64,000 bases of DNA from Deltaproteobacteria bacterium (GCA_016930835.1 JAFGGA010000133.1:10343-74342), one strand, 5' to 3'; positions 1 through 10,861 are shown, numbered from the stretch's first letter. The notes: generated by a model not told the origin, from the letters alone. Program-made: numbers and translations.

Positions 1-75
1 AATTACGACCGAATACAAGGGAAAAGGGGTTTTCTTCATACTTAATGATATCGTCTCACTTTTGATGGTCTTATA

Positions 76-250
76 AAAAGTCGAAAAACACCTATTTTTG
101 TCATTCCGGCCCGCCTGTTCGTGTCCGCACGCTGGCAGGTGAAGGCCGGAATCCAGTCTTCTCAAATAGTGATTTGGACTCTGTCCCCCGGCCGCAGTCT
201 ATCCCGTACTTGATACGGGACCGGGGTGGGGACTTTTCACGAGATCGTCA
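76..250. repeat. Family A hairpin-rich intergenic repeat, copy 1 (~175 nt; core gtcattccggc...gccggaatccag)
   Basis: Aligns by eye along its whole length with the reverse complement of 34705-34879. Its 5' half also aligns with 60819-60905. Confidence 0.8.
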
Positions 251-442
251 CTTTTGAATCGTTCTCAATTCATCGACTCATATCCACAAAGTTTCTGCAA
301 TCAGAGACCTTTGGTTACACTCGGGTATTTCTACATGTTTTGAATAATAATGTCAATCAATCGAAGTCGATTTAGATTGTTTCTCATACCATCTCTTCAC
401 TACCCATAATGGTTTTAGAATTTTTATTCACCGATTTTTTGA

Positions 443-874
443 TCAAGAGGTCTTATCTTTTTTATCATCGGGTTTTGGGATAGGGACTTTAAAATATTGG
501 ACACCTTCATCCTGCAATATCTTCTCTTCATCAAGTGTGGCTGATCCTTTTATGTTTCTCCTTTCCGCTACACCATAATGTATCTTTAATGCCTCTCTGG
601 TAAAATCAGTCCCAAGGTCTTCAAAACCCTCATTAACGTAGTCCATGAACTCTTTAGCCAATCTTCGATAGTCAATCGCGCTCAGATCTTTTGCTTCCAT
701 GGGCGTAGATCTTGTCTTCGTTGTTATAGGCGAAAGGACCTTTCGAACGTTTGTTTCATCACAGTATGGACAATTAATCATCTTTTTTTTGTTCTGTTCC
801 TCAAAAGACTCCATACTTTCGAACCAACCCTCAAACCGGTGCCCTTGAGAGCACTCCAAATCAAACACAATCAT
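443..874 (-). CDS. DUF1178-family zinc-ribbon protein
   Basis: The N-terminus MIVFDLECSQGHRFEGWF...CPYCDETNVRKVLSP fits the C-x2-GH-x-FE-x-WF...CP-x-C pattern I associate with DUF1178. Confidence 0.6.
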   Translation of the reverse strand: MIVFDLECSQGHRFEGWFESMESFEEQNKKKMINCPYCDETNVRKVLSPITTKTRSTPMEAKDLSAIDYRRLAKEFMDYVNEGFEDLGTDFTREALKIHYGVAERRNIKGSATLDEEKILQDEGVQYFKVPIPKPDDKKDKTS

Positions 875-882
875 CTATTCCT

Positions 883-1089
883 TCAACCCTCCAATACAAA
901 AATAACTTCCAATCTTACCCTGTATTCCTCGATTTTCCCCTCTTTGACGGATACGCGCTGTTCAAGTATGCGAAGGCCCGTGATGTTTCTCAGCGTTCGA
1001 TTAGCCCTCTCAAAGCCCGCCCGAATGGCATCATCAAAACTTATAGGGGAGCCGGCTATTACCTCTGAAACTCTTGCTACACGATCCAT
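883..1089 (-). CDS. Dodecin family protein (68 aa)
   Basis: MDRVARVSEVIAGSPISFDDAIRAGFERANRTLRNI...YRVRLEVIFVLEG is dodecin-like. I trimmed the ORF to the ATG at 1089, which is preceded by GGAGG. Confidence 0.7.
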   Translation of the reverse strand: MDRVARVSEVIAGSPISFDDAIRAGFERANRTLRNITGLRILEQRVSVKEGKIEEYRVRLEVIFVLEG

Positions 1090-1280
1090 ATAGACCTCCC
1101 ATGTAATAGTGGTTATTCGAAATTGATTTACTGGATTCCCACTGTCGTGTTTTTTACCCCGTATCCTCAAAAAAATCGCTTTTGGACAGGTATGGATATG
1201 GATATTCAATCACCACCGAATATATTCCCATGAGACAATACATGTTGGATGTTTTTCTTTTGGTGACCTATTCCCCTTGC

Positions 1281-1309
1281 TTGACACACTGCCGTTACAC
1301 AGTTATCAT
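1281..1309 (+). promoter_or_regulatory. Sigma-70-type promoter candidate (TTGACA-17 nt-TATCAT)
   Basis: TTGACA lies at 1281-1286 and TATCAT at 1304-1309, upstream of the LOG/rsmG genes. Confidence 0.45.
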
Positions 1310-1406
1310 GCAGGGCATATTTTATACAAAATAAACAAAAACGGCTTAAAAATCAAATATTTTTTCATGATCTTATTATGGACTCCTAACAGAAAGGCAG
1401 CAATTT

Positions 1407-2060
1407 ATGGTTGAAAGGCAATACATTGTTGATGACTTAACCGTAAAAGATACGTGGAGGATGTTCCTTATCCTATCTGAATTTGTCGAAGGGTTTGAGA
1501 CCCTCCCTGATGTCCATCCAGCAGTGTCTATTTTCGGCTCGGCCCGATCCCGTCCGAATAGCCAATCCTATCGGACTACTGAGAAGATATCCCGTCTACT
1601 GGTGGAGAATGGATTTAATATTATTTCCGGAGGCGGACCCGGAATCATGGAAGCGGCCAACAAGGGGGCAGCAGAGGCGGGAGGTAAATCGGTCGGTTTG
1701 CATATTCATCTCCCCAATGAACAACAACCCAATAAATACGCCAATTTACAGCTCAGTTATAAGTATTTTTTTATCAGAAAAGTCATGTTCGTAAAATATG
1801 CGGTAGCCTATGTTATTATGCCCGGAGGGTTCGGCACACTCGACGAGTTGTTCGAAGCCCTCACATTGATACAAACCAAAAGGATAAGATCCTTTCCGGT
1901 CATTTTGGTGGATTCCGAATACTGGAAAGGGCTCATCGATTGGATAAAAAAAACCCAGTTAAAAGAGAACAAGATATCAAAGGAGGATCTTGATATCCTT
2001 CGAGTAGTTGATGATCCTGAAGAGGCTGTGGGGATCATCAAGAGGCGAGTGGTGGTCTGA
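1407..2060 (+). CDS. LOG family protein (TIGR00730-type Rossmann fold, cytokinin riboside 5'-monophosphate phosphoribohydrolase-like)
   Basis: The GGGPGIMEA and PGGFGTLDELFE motifs are present. Confidence 0.85.
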   Translation: MVERQYIVDDLTVKDTWRMFLILSEFVEGFETLPDVHPAVSIFGSARSRPNSQSYRTTEKISRLLVENGFNIISGGGPGIMEAANKGAAEAGGKSVGLHIHLPNEQQPNKYANLQLSYKYFFIRKVMFVKYAVAYVIMPGGFGTLDELFEALTLIQTKRIRSFPVILVDSEYWKGLIDWIKKTQLKENKISKEDLDILRVVDDPEEAVGIIKRRVVV

Positions 2061-2062
2061 TC

Positions 2063-2719
2063 GTGATCACGGATCTAGATCAAAGGGCTGCTGAATTCGG
2101 TTTGGAATTGACGGCCCATCATTTAAACCTCCTCAGTATCTATTTGGATGAATTAGAGTCCTGGAACAAAAAGATGAATCTCATCGGGACGACCTCCCGA
2201 AGGCGAATCATCAATGAACTTGTTCTTGACTCACTCATTCCCGCTCCTTTTCTGCATCATGAGAAAAGAATGCTGGATGTGGGCTCCGGTGGCGGATTTC
2301 CAGGTATCCCCATAAAAATCTATATGCCTCATTTACAAATGACCCTCTTGGAGGCCAATCTAAAAAAAATTCATTTCCTCAAACATGTCATACGGACCTT
2401 GGGACTCAAAAATATCAAGGTGATCCAAGGGCGAATTGAAGTCAGCGGCGAATTGCTTCATCAAGTTGGTTATCATATTGTATCGGCGCGTGCCTTGACG
2501 AATCTGGGTCAAGTTATTATGTGGTGCGCATCCCATCTTGTTTCCAATGGTTTATTGATTACTTATCTGGGGAGGAAAGCTGAGGAAGAACTCCGCCGAT
2601 ATGCAGATATCATTGAAACGAACGCTCTTATAGTATTCCAAAAAATACCTTATGTCCTACCCGGGGAAATAAAAAGAAGTATTGTGATTTTTAAAAAAAT
2701 TGCGTCAAACAGTCATTGA
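2063..2719 (+). CDS. rsmG: 16S rRNA (guanine527-N7)-methyltransferase RsmG
   Basis: Contains the LDVGSGGGFPGIPIKI SAM-binding motif and has GidB-like length. The start codon is GTG. Confidence 0.85.
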   Translation: MITDLDQRAAEFGLELTAHHLNLLSIYLDELESWNKKMNLIGTTSRRRIINELVLDSLIPAPFLHHEKRMLDVGSGGGFPGIPIKIYMPHLQMTLLEANLKKIHFLKHVIRTLGLKNIKVIQGRIEVSGELLHQVGYHIVSARALTNLGQVIMWCASHLVSNGLLITYLGRKAEEELRRYADIIETNALIVFQKIPYVLPGEIKRSIVIFKKIASNSH

Positions 2720-2770
2720 TGGGGTGGGATAAGAGGACCTAAAAATATTTTAGGTCCCCTTTGATGATTT

Positions 2771-2980
2771 TTATTTCTGATATTTAAAAGAGACATTCAC
2801 CCTTGCCCTATAACTTGCCACTTTTCCGGTTTCAATCGTCATGTCCAGTTTAATAATCTCGGCTACTCTTAAGTCCTTTAGGCTTTCCCCGGCCGTTTCA
2901 ACAGCTGTTTTCGCAGCCTCCTCCCATGATGTATCACTCGTTCCCACCAACTCAATGATTTTATAAGTACTGCCTGCCAT
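2771..2980 (-). CDS. Dodecin family protein (69 aa), second paralogue
   Basis: MAGSTYKIIELVGTSDTSWEEAAKTAVETAGESLKDLRVAEI...YRARVNVSFKYQK is dodecin-like. I trimmed the ORF to the ATG at 2980, which is preceded by GGAGGTG. Confidence 0.7.
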   Translation of the reverse strand: MAGSTYKIIELVGTSDTSWEEAAKTAVETAGESLKDLRVAEIIKLDMTIETGKVASYRARVNVSFKYQK

Positions 2981-3476
2981 AATACACCTCCTTAGATTTG
3001 ATATGGTTGATATGAACAAACCCTTTCATCCATTGATGGCCCCACATTTCCATCAGATTATTATTCTAGCAGATTTATGAACATTAATCAAAAATATAAT
3101 TTTCAAGACAAATGATCATGATTTAAAAGATTCGATCCTTTTCCCGCCCAAATAAGCATTATGGAGCATTGATTTATCAAGGTAAGGATTTATACGCCAA
3201 ACCATGCGCGGGTGGTTTTTTCATGGGAGGATATTGCTATTTCTTTAAATAGTGAACAGGGGCTTAAACCAAAGAGATAACACATGGCGCTTCTCTCTTA
3301 GTCAAGCTTTGGCCTATTTTATACGCTATTGTTTAAGAGCGTCAACACTACGATATTCAGCATAGTTTATATTGAATTAGTCATTGACTGCACATATTAC
3401 CTTGACTTTTTATTATTTTTAATATATTATCAATTTCAAAATGTAATTTAAATCAACTCAACAGAAAGGAGAAAGT

Positions 3477-3701
3477 ATGGCTACTGCTAAACAGATTCAA
3501 TACAGGCTGGGTCAGGCAAAGAAAAAATTAACAAAGCAAAACAAAGACGTCACAACAACGAAAAACCTAATTAAGAAATTAGAAGCAGAGCTTAAAAAAG
3601 CTAAAACCGCAGTGAAGAAAGTAAAACCACAGAAAAAGGCCCCTGCGAAGAAGAAAGCCGCCACAGCGAAGAAAAGAAAAGTAACAAAGAAAAAGAAATA
3701 A
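3477..3701 (+). CDS. Lysine/alanine-rich histone H1-like basic protein (74 aa)
   Basis: The C-terminal half is KKAK/KKPA/AKKK low-complexity sequence. The start has a strong RBS (AAAGGAGAAAG) and sits in an AT-rich 450-nt intergenic region. Confidence 0.6.
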   Translation: MATAKQIQYRLGQAKKKLTKQNKDVTTTKNLIKKLEAELKKAKTAVKKVKPQKKAPAKKKAATAKKRKVTKKKK

Positions 3702-3815
3702 ATCTTTTTCTGTTAAGGGCAAAAAACAGAAACACCTAGGGGGCAAGGCCTTATCTGGTCATGCCCTATTTTTTTGCGTGCCAAATGATCTCCATGCACG
3801 ATTTGCAGGATCCTT

Positions 3816-4289
3816 TTATCCATAACCCCATTCATTAAGCTGCTTGATCATGTGTTCTCTATGACTACCTTTCCAAAAATATCGATTACACGAAGGACAG
3901 AAGTTGATCACCACATCGTGCTGATATTGCACATATTCGGGAAGTTTCCTTGATGATTTCTGGATATCGATTTTTTCCAATTCAACATTGCAATTCAAGC
4001 ACCGAGAAAACCATTTTGACCGATCATGCGTTAAATAACCCGCATCCTTTATTTCTTGAAGTTGCTTTTCCAAATGGTCCGATCGGATATATAAGGACTT
4101 CGGGAATCGATTCGTTAGCATCCTTCTGCGGGACAGGAGCATTCGGCCTTCATCAACCAATCGAGTGATCAAACCTTCTCCATAAAAAGATTGATAATGG
4201 GTATCATATCCCATTATTCTCAGCCATTTCGCCAATCTCCCCAACATCGTATCAGCCAAAAAGATATTTTCCACGGGATTCTCTTTCAA
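3816..4289 (-). CDS. Mut7-C RNase domain (DUF82) protein with C-terminal zinc ribbon
   Basis: The N-terminus FLADTMLGRLAKWLRIMGYDT is typical of Mut7-C. The C-terminus carries CLNCN...CPSCN cysteine pairs. Confidence 0.7.
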   Translation of the reverse strand: MKENPVENIFLADTMLGRLAKWLRIMGYDTHYQSFYGEGLITRLVDEGRMLLSRRRMLTNRFPKSLYIRSDHLEKQLQEIKDAGYLTHDRSKWFSRCLNCNVELEKIDIQKSSRKLPEYVQYQHDVVINFCPSCNRYFWKGSHREHMIKQLNEWGYG

Positions 4290-4436
4290 GCGGATTTAGA
4301 TCTTACTTTGTGGACCATTCGGTCAATAATCATTTGACGATCTTATTGTATTATTATAGATATGTTTTTATTCGATAGCTTGTAAGCAAGATGACTATTA
4401 AAAGATTATCCACCAATCTTCATTCATGGCATCCAC

Positions 4437-5693
4437 ATGGATAAAATAATCATTAAAGGCGGCAAATCCTTACATGGAACGGTGCGTTTGAGCGGGGCGA
4501 AGAATGCCGCCTTGCCGGCCATCGCCGCGAGCATTTTAACAGGAGGGGCGCATCAACTGCAAGGAATTCCCAAGCTTAAGGACATCCAAACCATTAAGCT
4601 CATCATGTCAAAGCTAGGGGTATCTTTTCAAGAACAAGGAACGGACCTCGCCATTAATACGGACGATATCAATGAGTATGAAGCGTCTTATGATCTTGTA
4701 AGAACCATGCGTGCATCTATTTTACTGCTGGGTCCACTTTTGGCCCGATTGGGCAGGGCCAAGATATCCATGCCGGGAGGATGCGCGATTGGGGCAAGAC
4801 CCGTTAATCTCCACCTTAAGGCACTCGCTATGATGGGTGTGGATATGCACCTGGATCATGGTTACATCAATGCTCAGACCAAACGCCTCAAAGGTGCGGA
4901 TATTTTTTTTGACATTCCCACCGTCACGGGAACCGAAAATATCATGATGGCCGCTGTTAAGGCGGATGGCCGAACGGTCTTAAAAAACGCAGCAAGGGAA
5001 CCCGAGATCGGAAACTTAGCGGATATGTTACGCAATATGGGTGCGCAGATCCAAGGAGATGGTTCCGACACCATCATTATTGAAGGCGTAAATGATCTTT
5101 ACCCCGCAAGGCAATCTATTATTCCGGACAGGATTGAAGCGGGAACCTTTATGATCGCCTCAGCCATGACAAGAGGCGATATTATGATAGAAGGATGTCG
5201 GCCCGATCACCTTTCCGCGGTCATTGAAAAACTCAAAGCCGTGGGCGCTAAGATTAATATCTTCGATCATGGCCTAGTCATTAAAGGTCCTGACCGGCTA
5301 CACAGTGTGGATATCAAGACCATGCCCTTTCCAGGTTTTCCCACCGACCTTCAGGCACAATTCATGGCCTTAATGTGCATAGCCGATGGTTCGAGCATTA
5401 TCAAAGAAACGATCTTCGAAAATCGATTCATTCATGTGAGCGAGTTAAAGAGGATGGGGGCGGACATCGCCATTAATGGAAACCAAGCCCTCGTGCGCGG
5501 TCAGGATCGATTGCTGGCCGCCCCTGTTATGGCCACTGATCTTCGGGCCAGTGCTTCTCTTATCCTGGCGGGTCTGGTTGCCGTAGACGGCCGGACAGAG
5601 GTCAGCCGTATCTACCACCTGGATAGGGGCTATGAGGCCTTGGAAGAAAAATTTCGAGCTTTAGGGGCCGATATTCGGCGAGAAAAAGTCTGA
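4437..5693 (+). CDS. murA: UDP-N-acetylglucosamine 1-carboxyvinyltransferase
   Basis: Full-length MurA-like sequence ([25 protein letters not shown]). Confidence 0.95.
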   Translation: MDKIIIKGGKSLHGTVRLSGAKNAALPAIAASILTGGAHQLQGIPKLKDIQTIKLIMSKLGVSFQEQGTDLAINTDDINEYEASYDLVRTMRASILLLGPLLARLGRAKISMPGGCAIGARPVNLHLKALAMMGVDMHLDHGYINAQTKRLKGADIFFDIPTVTGTENIMMAAVKADGRTVLKNAAREPEIGNLADMLRNMGAQIQGDGSDTIIIEGVNDLYPARQSIIPDRIEAGTFMIASAMTRGDIMIEGCRPDHLSAVIEKLKAVGAKINIFDHGLVIKGPDRLHSVDIKTMPFPGFPTDLQAQFMALMCIADGSSIIKETIFENRFIHVSELKRMGADIAINGNQALVRGQDRLLAAPVMATDLRASASLILAGLVAVDGRTEVSRIYHLDRGYEALEEKFRALGADIRREKV

Positions 5694-5694
5694 G

Positions 5695-8166
5695 ATGCTT
5701 CATCGGCCGCTCATTTCCGTTCTTGTTTCGTTCATAGGAGGAATACTCTTCGGTCACATCATACGGGACGCCCGCGCCTTTATTTTTCCGTTTTTGGTTA
5801 TCTTCACATCCCTTCTCCTCGCCTCTATTTTTATTCCAAGACCTTTTAGATCTTTTATCATGGGGGGGCTTTTTTTCTTCACTGGTGTCCTATTTATTCT
5901 AAACACCCATCATGAATCAGATCTGCTTCAATGGGTCCATGAAAAGGAAAACATCATTATAGAGGGTACGGTTATCCAACCGATGCGAATTGATGGGGAT
6001 ATCGCAAGGGTTGATATCATGACCGAACGGGTTATCAGAGACGGAAAATCATTGCATTTAAAAGAAAAAATTTTCGCGACCATTTACAATCACCCTCAGA
6101 TCTTTTCACCGGGAGACAGGATACGCTTCCCCGCCAAACTCAGACCATTTCGCAATTTTAACAATCCAGGTCGGTATAACTATTCATTGTCCATGTCCCT
6201 TAAAGGGTATTGTTGCAGCGCCTCAGTTTCAGACGGTCGGTATATCGTGCCCATGGGGAAAGGTCGTTTGGGTTTTCCATGGGCGGTCGTTGAACAATGC
6301 CGGAGACCGATTCGACAATTCTTTACGGAGAAGCTCTCCGCACGCAATCAGGCTGTTCTAAGCGCTTTGATTTTAGGAGAAAGGCAAAATATAAGCCCCG
6401 ATCTTCGTGAACCTTTTAATGTCACGGGACTTGGGCATATCCTTGCCGTATCCGGATTACATATAGGCCTAATCGCCTGGCTCTCATTCGGCATTTTTAA
6501 ACGGCTTTTTTCCTTCTCCCATTATTGGATGCTCAAGATCGATATTCGCAAGGCAGCCGCCGTCACGACCTGTATACCCGTGGTGATATATACTTTTCTC
6601 GCGGGATTTCAGGTCTCAAGTCAACGTGCCATGATTATGGTACTGGCGTTTCTCTTTTCCATCATACTGGAACGTGAAAAGGAGATGTGGTCCACCCTGG
6701 CATTGGCCTCTCTCATCATACTCGCCTTGGACCCGACGGCACTATTCAGCATTTCATTTCAACTGTCTTTCTTGGCCGTTGTCGGCATTTTATGGCTGGC
6801 ACCGCCAGTCCAATCTCTTGTTCCCAAACTCTTTCAACAAGATGAACAAAAATTCCTTTATAGCCATCTTTATTCCTATGGCATTGGAATGATCGTCGTT
6901 ACCTTCTCTGCTGTTCTATTCCTATTGCCCGTTACCTCTTTTTACTTTCATAGAATCCCCATGATATCCATTCCAGCCAATCTCACGACGGTGCCCATCT
7001 TGGGTTTTTGGGTCTTACCCCTGGGACTCTTGTCAGGAATTTTAGCCCATATAATACCTTCCATCGCTTATGTCTTCCTCCAATTGACTTCATGGGGGCT
7101 GGATGGAATGATGGCCGTTATTCAATTCTGGGCACGACTCCAATGGGCCTCTTTCTGGGTAGTTACGCCGAATATGTTTGAAATCATCTTATTTTATGGA
7201 TTGCTTTTTACCATTTTCTTTTTTAAAGTTCGACGATGGGCGAAAATCGGATTCTGCTTCATCGTCATCGCGGTTTTGATGGATATCTCTTATTGGACGT
7301 ATAAGACCCAATTCAACCGACATCTCATCATAACCTATTTTGATGTTGGGCAAGGCAACGCGGCTTTGGTACAATTCCCGGGCAACCAGAGGATGCTCAT
7401 TGACGGCGGCGGTTTTCACGTGGGCCATTTTGATGTGGGGGGTATGGTTGTGGCCCCGGCCTTATGGTACGCAAAGATTAACAGGATTGATTATCTGGTC
7501 TTAACCCATCCTCAATCGGATCATATGAATGGTCTATGTTTTATTGCCGCCAACTTCAAGCCCAAAGAATTCTGGTACAATGGCGACCGCGTGGAAACTC
7601 AAACGTTCCAAAACCTATTAAAAATCTTGGAAACAAAAAAAATAAAGATAAGCCAGCCCTTAGATTTATCTAATGGAAAAGACATTTCAGGCGTCCACAT
7701 CGAAATATTCAACCCGCCCGTAAACAGTGAATCCATAACAGGATATTATAACAGTCGGGATCTGAACAATCGTTCATTGGTCTTAAAATTATCCTATAGA
7801 GGACGGTCCGCCCTTTTCCCCGGTGATCTTGAAGATTCGGGTGAGCAAAAGGTCGTGGAGAATTTTGGTGACGCCCTCCAAAGCGATATCTTGCTGGCTC
7901 CTCATCATGGCAGCAAAACTTCCTGTTCAAATGCCTTTCTCAAAAGCGTCAACCCGGACCTTTGTGTCATTTCCTCCGGTAGCGGAAATTTTTTTGGTTT
8001 TCCCCATGCCGCTACCATTCAAAGGCTTAATGAGTTCGGAACTCAAATAACCCGCATCGATAAAGTGGGTGCGACAAGGATATCAATTGATGAGAAAGGC
8101 TGGAAGATCAAAACCTTTTTGGGGAAAGAAGCATCACAAATGGAAAAAGTTGGAGGATCCCTGTAA
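5695..8166 (+). CDS. comEC: DNA internalization-related competence protein ComEC/Rec2
   Basis: Polytopic membrane core followed by a C-terminal metallo-beta-lactamase domain (LTHPQSDHMNG, APHHGS). Confidence 0.9.
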   Translation: MLHRPLISVLVSFIGGILFGHIIRDARAFIFPFLVIFTSLLLASIFIPRPFRSFIMGGLFFFTGVLFILNTHHESDLLQWVHEKENIIIEGTVIQPMRIDGDIARVDIMTERVIRDGKSLHLKEKIFATIYNHPQIFSPGDRIRFPAKLRPFRNFNNPGRYNYSLSMSLKGYCCSASVSDGRYIVPMGKGRLGFPWAVVEQCRRPIRQFFTEKLSARNQAVLSALILGERQNISPDLREPFNVTGLGHILAVSGLHIGLIAWLSFGIFKRLFSFSHYWMLKIDIRKAAAVTTCIPVVIYTFLAGFQVSSQRAMIMVLAFLFSIILEREKEMWSTLALASLIILALDPTALFSISFQLSFLAVVGILWLAPPVQSLVPKLFQQDEQKFLYSHLYSYGIGMIVVTFSAVLFLLPVTSFYFHRIPMISIPANLTTVPILGFWVLPLGLLSGILAHIIPSIAYVFLQLTSWGLDGMMAVIQFWARLQWASFWVVTPNMFEIILFYGLLFTIFFFKVRRWAKIGFCFIVIAVLMDISYWTYKTQFNRHLIITYFDVGQGNAALVQFPGNQRMLIDGGGFHVGHFDVGGMVVAPALWYAKINRIDYLVLTHPQSDHMNGLCFIAANFKPKEFWYNGDRVETQTFQNLLKILETKKIKISQPLDLSNGKDISGVHIEIFNPPVNSESITGYYNSRDLNNRSLVLKLSYRGRSALFPGDLEDSGEQKVVENFGDALQSDILLAPHHGSKTSCSNAFLKSVNPDLCVISSGSGNFFGFPHAATIQRLNEFGTQITRIDKVGATRISIDEKGWKIKTFLGKEASQMEKVGGSL

Positions 8167-8238
8167 TAACAACCATGTCAAATTTTTTGGCAAGCATTTC
8201 ATGGATGACCTTTCAAATCAAAATGAAATAGGTGTGAC

Positions 8239-9618
8239 ATGATGAATGATGATAAGCTTAAAAAGTCGGCTTTGATTATTGCGACCCTGAACTCCTTCAT
8301 CACCCCCTTTATGGGCTCCTCCATCAACATAGCCCTACCATCCATTTCAAAAGATCTGCATGTGGATGCGGTTCTTTTAGGCTGGATCGCAACCTCTTAT
8401 CTGTTGGCCATTGCCGTATCCATGGTACCCTTTGGACGGCTGGCCGATATATACGGCAGGAAAAAGATCTTTACCAGCGGCATTATCCTGTTCACCATAT
8501 CATCCATCATCTGCGCGGTTTCCCCCTCCACTCTCATGCTGATTATTTTCCGGATTTTCCAGGGTGTAGGAAATGCAATGGTTTTCGCAACAGGTATGGC
8601 TATTATTGTCTCAGTCTACCCTCCACAGGAGAGGGGCAAGGTTTTGGGAATCAATGTGGCCGCGGTTTACATCGGTCTCTCGGTCGGTCCATTCCTGGGT
8701 GGGGTTCTCACCCAGTACCTTTCATGGCGGAGTGTTTTTTGGGCACCCGTCCCCCTTTCTCTCATCATTCTTATTCTGGTCTTTTGCCGACTAAAAGGTG
8801 AGTGGGCCGATGCCCGCGGTGAAACGTTTGATCTAATCGGTTCTTTTATCTATGCCGTTGCTATTGTCGGGGTTATTTATGGCATGACGTTGCTCCCGGC
8901 GATCAAGAGCTTGTGGATCATTTTAGTAGGTTTTATTGGGTTTTTGATTTTCGTGAGGTGGGAATTAAAAAGATCTTTTCCCGTCTTCCAAGTCAAACTC
9001 TTTACGACCAATCGCGTATTTGCCTTCTCCAGTCTGGCGGCCCTCATTAATTACAGTGCCACGTTCGCCGTGACTTTTCTGTTGAGCCTTTACCTGCAAC
9101 ATATCAAGGCATTTAGCCCGCAAACGGCCGGACTCGTCCTTGTGGCCCAACCCATTGTCCAGGCCATATTATCGCCATTCGCAGGAAGACTTTCCGATAA
9201 AATTGAACCTCGGATCGTCGCCACATCCGGGATGAGTGTGACCACCATCGGCTTATTTTTTTTGATTTTCCTGAAACAGGGAACATCCATAGAATACATT
9301 ATCGGTTGCCTGATATTTCTAGGTATCGGTTTCGCTCTTTTCTCTTCTCCAAATGCCAACGCCATCATGAGTTCAGTAGAAAAGCGTTTTTTTGGAATCG
9401 CATCAGGGGCTGTTGGCACCATGCGCAACCTTGGGATGATGGTCAGTATGGGCGTAGCCACGGTCTTGTTTAATATTTTTATTGGAAGGGTTGAGATCAC
9501 ACCGGAACAATTTCCTCTTTTGATCAAGAGTATTAAGGTCGCTTTTCTGATCTTCGCTCTATTTTGTCTGGGTGGAATTTTTGCATCCCTAGTCCGGGGC
9601 AATGTGAGGGCCAATTAA
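8239..9618 (+). CDS. MFS transporter (14-TMS drug:H+ antiporter-like)
   Basis: Hydrophobic repeat pattern with the MFS motif GRLADIYGRKK. Confidence 0.85.
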   Translation: MMNDDKLKKSALIIATLNSFITPFMGSSINIALPSISKDLHVDAVLLGWIATSYLLAIAVSMVPFGRLADIYGRKKIFTSGIILFTISSIICAVSPSTLMLIIFRIFQGVGNAMVFATGMAIIVSVYPPQERGKVLGINVAAVYIGLSVGPFLGGVLTQYLSWRSVFWAPVPLSLIILILVFCRLKGEWADARGETFDLIGSFIYAVAIVGVIYGMTLLPAIKSLWIILVGFIGFLIFVRWELKRSFPVFQVKLFTTNRVFAFSSLAALINYSATFAVTFLLSLYLQHIKAFSPQTAGLVLVAQPIVQAILSPFAGRLSDKIEPRIVATSGMSVTTIGLFFLIFLKQGTSIEYIIGCLIFLGIGFALFSSPNANAIMSSVEKRFFGIASGAVGTMRNLGMMVSMGVATVLFNIFIGRVEITPEQFPLLIKSIKVAFLIFALFCLGGIFASLVRGNVRAN

Positions 9619-9637
9619 ACAAATGAATGAACCGGAT

Positions 9638-10861
9638 TCACCGCTCCACTCTTCTTAAGATCGTAAATGGCTCCAGACCATAATCAAGTAAGACGAATTG
9701 GGAGTGGTTGACCACATCCACTTTGAGACCTTCAGTAGTATATAATTCATCAGGCAATCTGATGAGGGAAAGGGAGCCATCCAGGTTAAGAACCTCCAGT
9801 TCCTCGCCCGCACGGATTTTGTTCCTTACTTCAAGCACATATTTCCCGTGTTGCTTTTTGTCGGTCACGTAGCCCACAAATACAGATCCAAACTGAGACG
9901 TACTTTGCTCACGTTGATAATCATCACTATCAATATACCCTTTCATAAATCCTGCCGAGTAACCGCGATTCGGTACCCGGCTCAGGTATTTCATGCCTTG
10001 TTCCCGGGTAAAACGTTTGCCATCCAATACCTGTCTATAAAAAGAGACCACGGTGGCTATATAATGGACGGACTTCATTCGACCCTCAATCTTTATTGAG
10101 TCAATCCCCAGTTCCTTGAGGTCTGGAATATATTCAAACAGGGCCAGTTCCTTGCTGTTAAATAGGTAGAGTCCCCGGTCATCTTCAAAAACAGGCATGT
10201 ACTGTCCGGGCCGAGTCTCTTCCATGAGTGTGTATTTCCATCTACAAGGGTGTTTGCATTCCCCACGATTTGCCCTTGAATCAGCCAAATAATCACTGAT
10301 GGCGCAGCGACCCGAATAGGAGAAGCAGACGGCCCCATGGATGAAGACCTCCGTTTCAATGCGGCCTTTGGTATGCTTTAGGATATCTTTAATTTGATCA
10401 AAGGAGAGTTCCCGGGCCAGATTCACCCGCTTGGCCCCCAGTTGTTGATAGGCCAGTGCCGCCTGATAGTTTATGGTATTGGCCTGTGTACTAATATGTA
10501 GGGCTGCACGGAGGTTACATTTTTTAATCTCCGTAAAAACACCCAGGTCTGAGACGATAAAGGCATCGACGCCCATCTCATCGAGTGTCTGTGCGGTGTG
10601 AATGAGCTTTGAATATTCATGGGAAAACGGGTAGATGTTTAGGGTAACATACCCCTTTTTATCCCGTTGGTGAAGATATTGAAGTCCCTCCGCAGCGTCA
10701 TCAAAACTGAAATTTCCGGCAAAGTTCCTCAAGGAGCCAAATTCAGTGCCGAAATACACGGCATCGGCACCATACATAACGGCCCATTTTAATTTCTCCA
10801 AGTTTCCCGCAGGCGCAAGAAGTTCCAATCTATATCCGCTCCCAAAAAGGTTGAATGACAT
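9638..10861 (-). CDS. Peptidase U32 family protein
   Basis: LELLAPAGNLEKLKWAVMYGADAVYFG and IKIEGRMKS are U32 signatures. Confidence 0.9.
   Translation of the reverse strand: MSFNLFGSGYRLELLAPAGNLEKLKWAVMYGADAVYFGTEFGSLRNFAGNFSFDDAAEGLQYLHQRDKKGYVTLNIYPFSHEYSKLIHTAQTLDEMGVDAFIVSDLGVFTEIKKCNLRAALHISTQANTINYQAALAYQQLGAKRVNLARELSFDQIKDILKHTKGRIETEVFIHGAVCFSYSGRCAISDYLADSRANRGECKHPCRWKYTLMEETRPGQYMPVFEDDRGLYLFNSKELALFEYIPDLKELGIDSIKIEGRMKSVHYIATVVSFYRQVLDGKRFTREQGMKYLSRVPNRGYSAGFMKGYIDSDDYQREQSTSQFGSVFVGYVTDKKQHGKYVLEVRNKIRAGEELEVLNLDGSLSLIRLPDELYTTEGLKVDVVNHSQFVLLDYGLEPFTILRRVER

Noticed and set aside
3197-3222. Hairpin plus T-run (aaaccatgcgcgggtggtttttt) suggesting an orphan terminator or sRNA 3' end
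   Set aside because: The stem is only 6 bp and AT-rich, and there is no upstream promoter or gene on that strand.
9090-9614. 174-aa minus-strand ORF
   Set aside because: It is antisense to the MFS transporter gene, with a basic low-complexity product. It is a shadow ORF.
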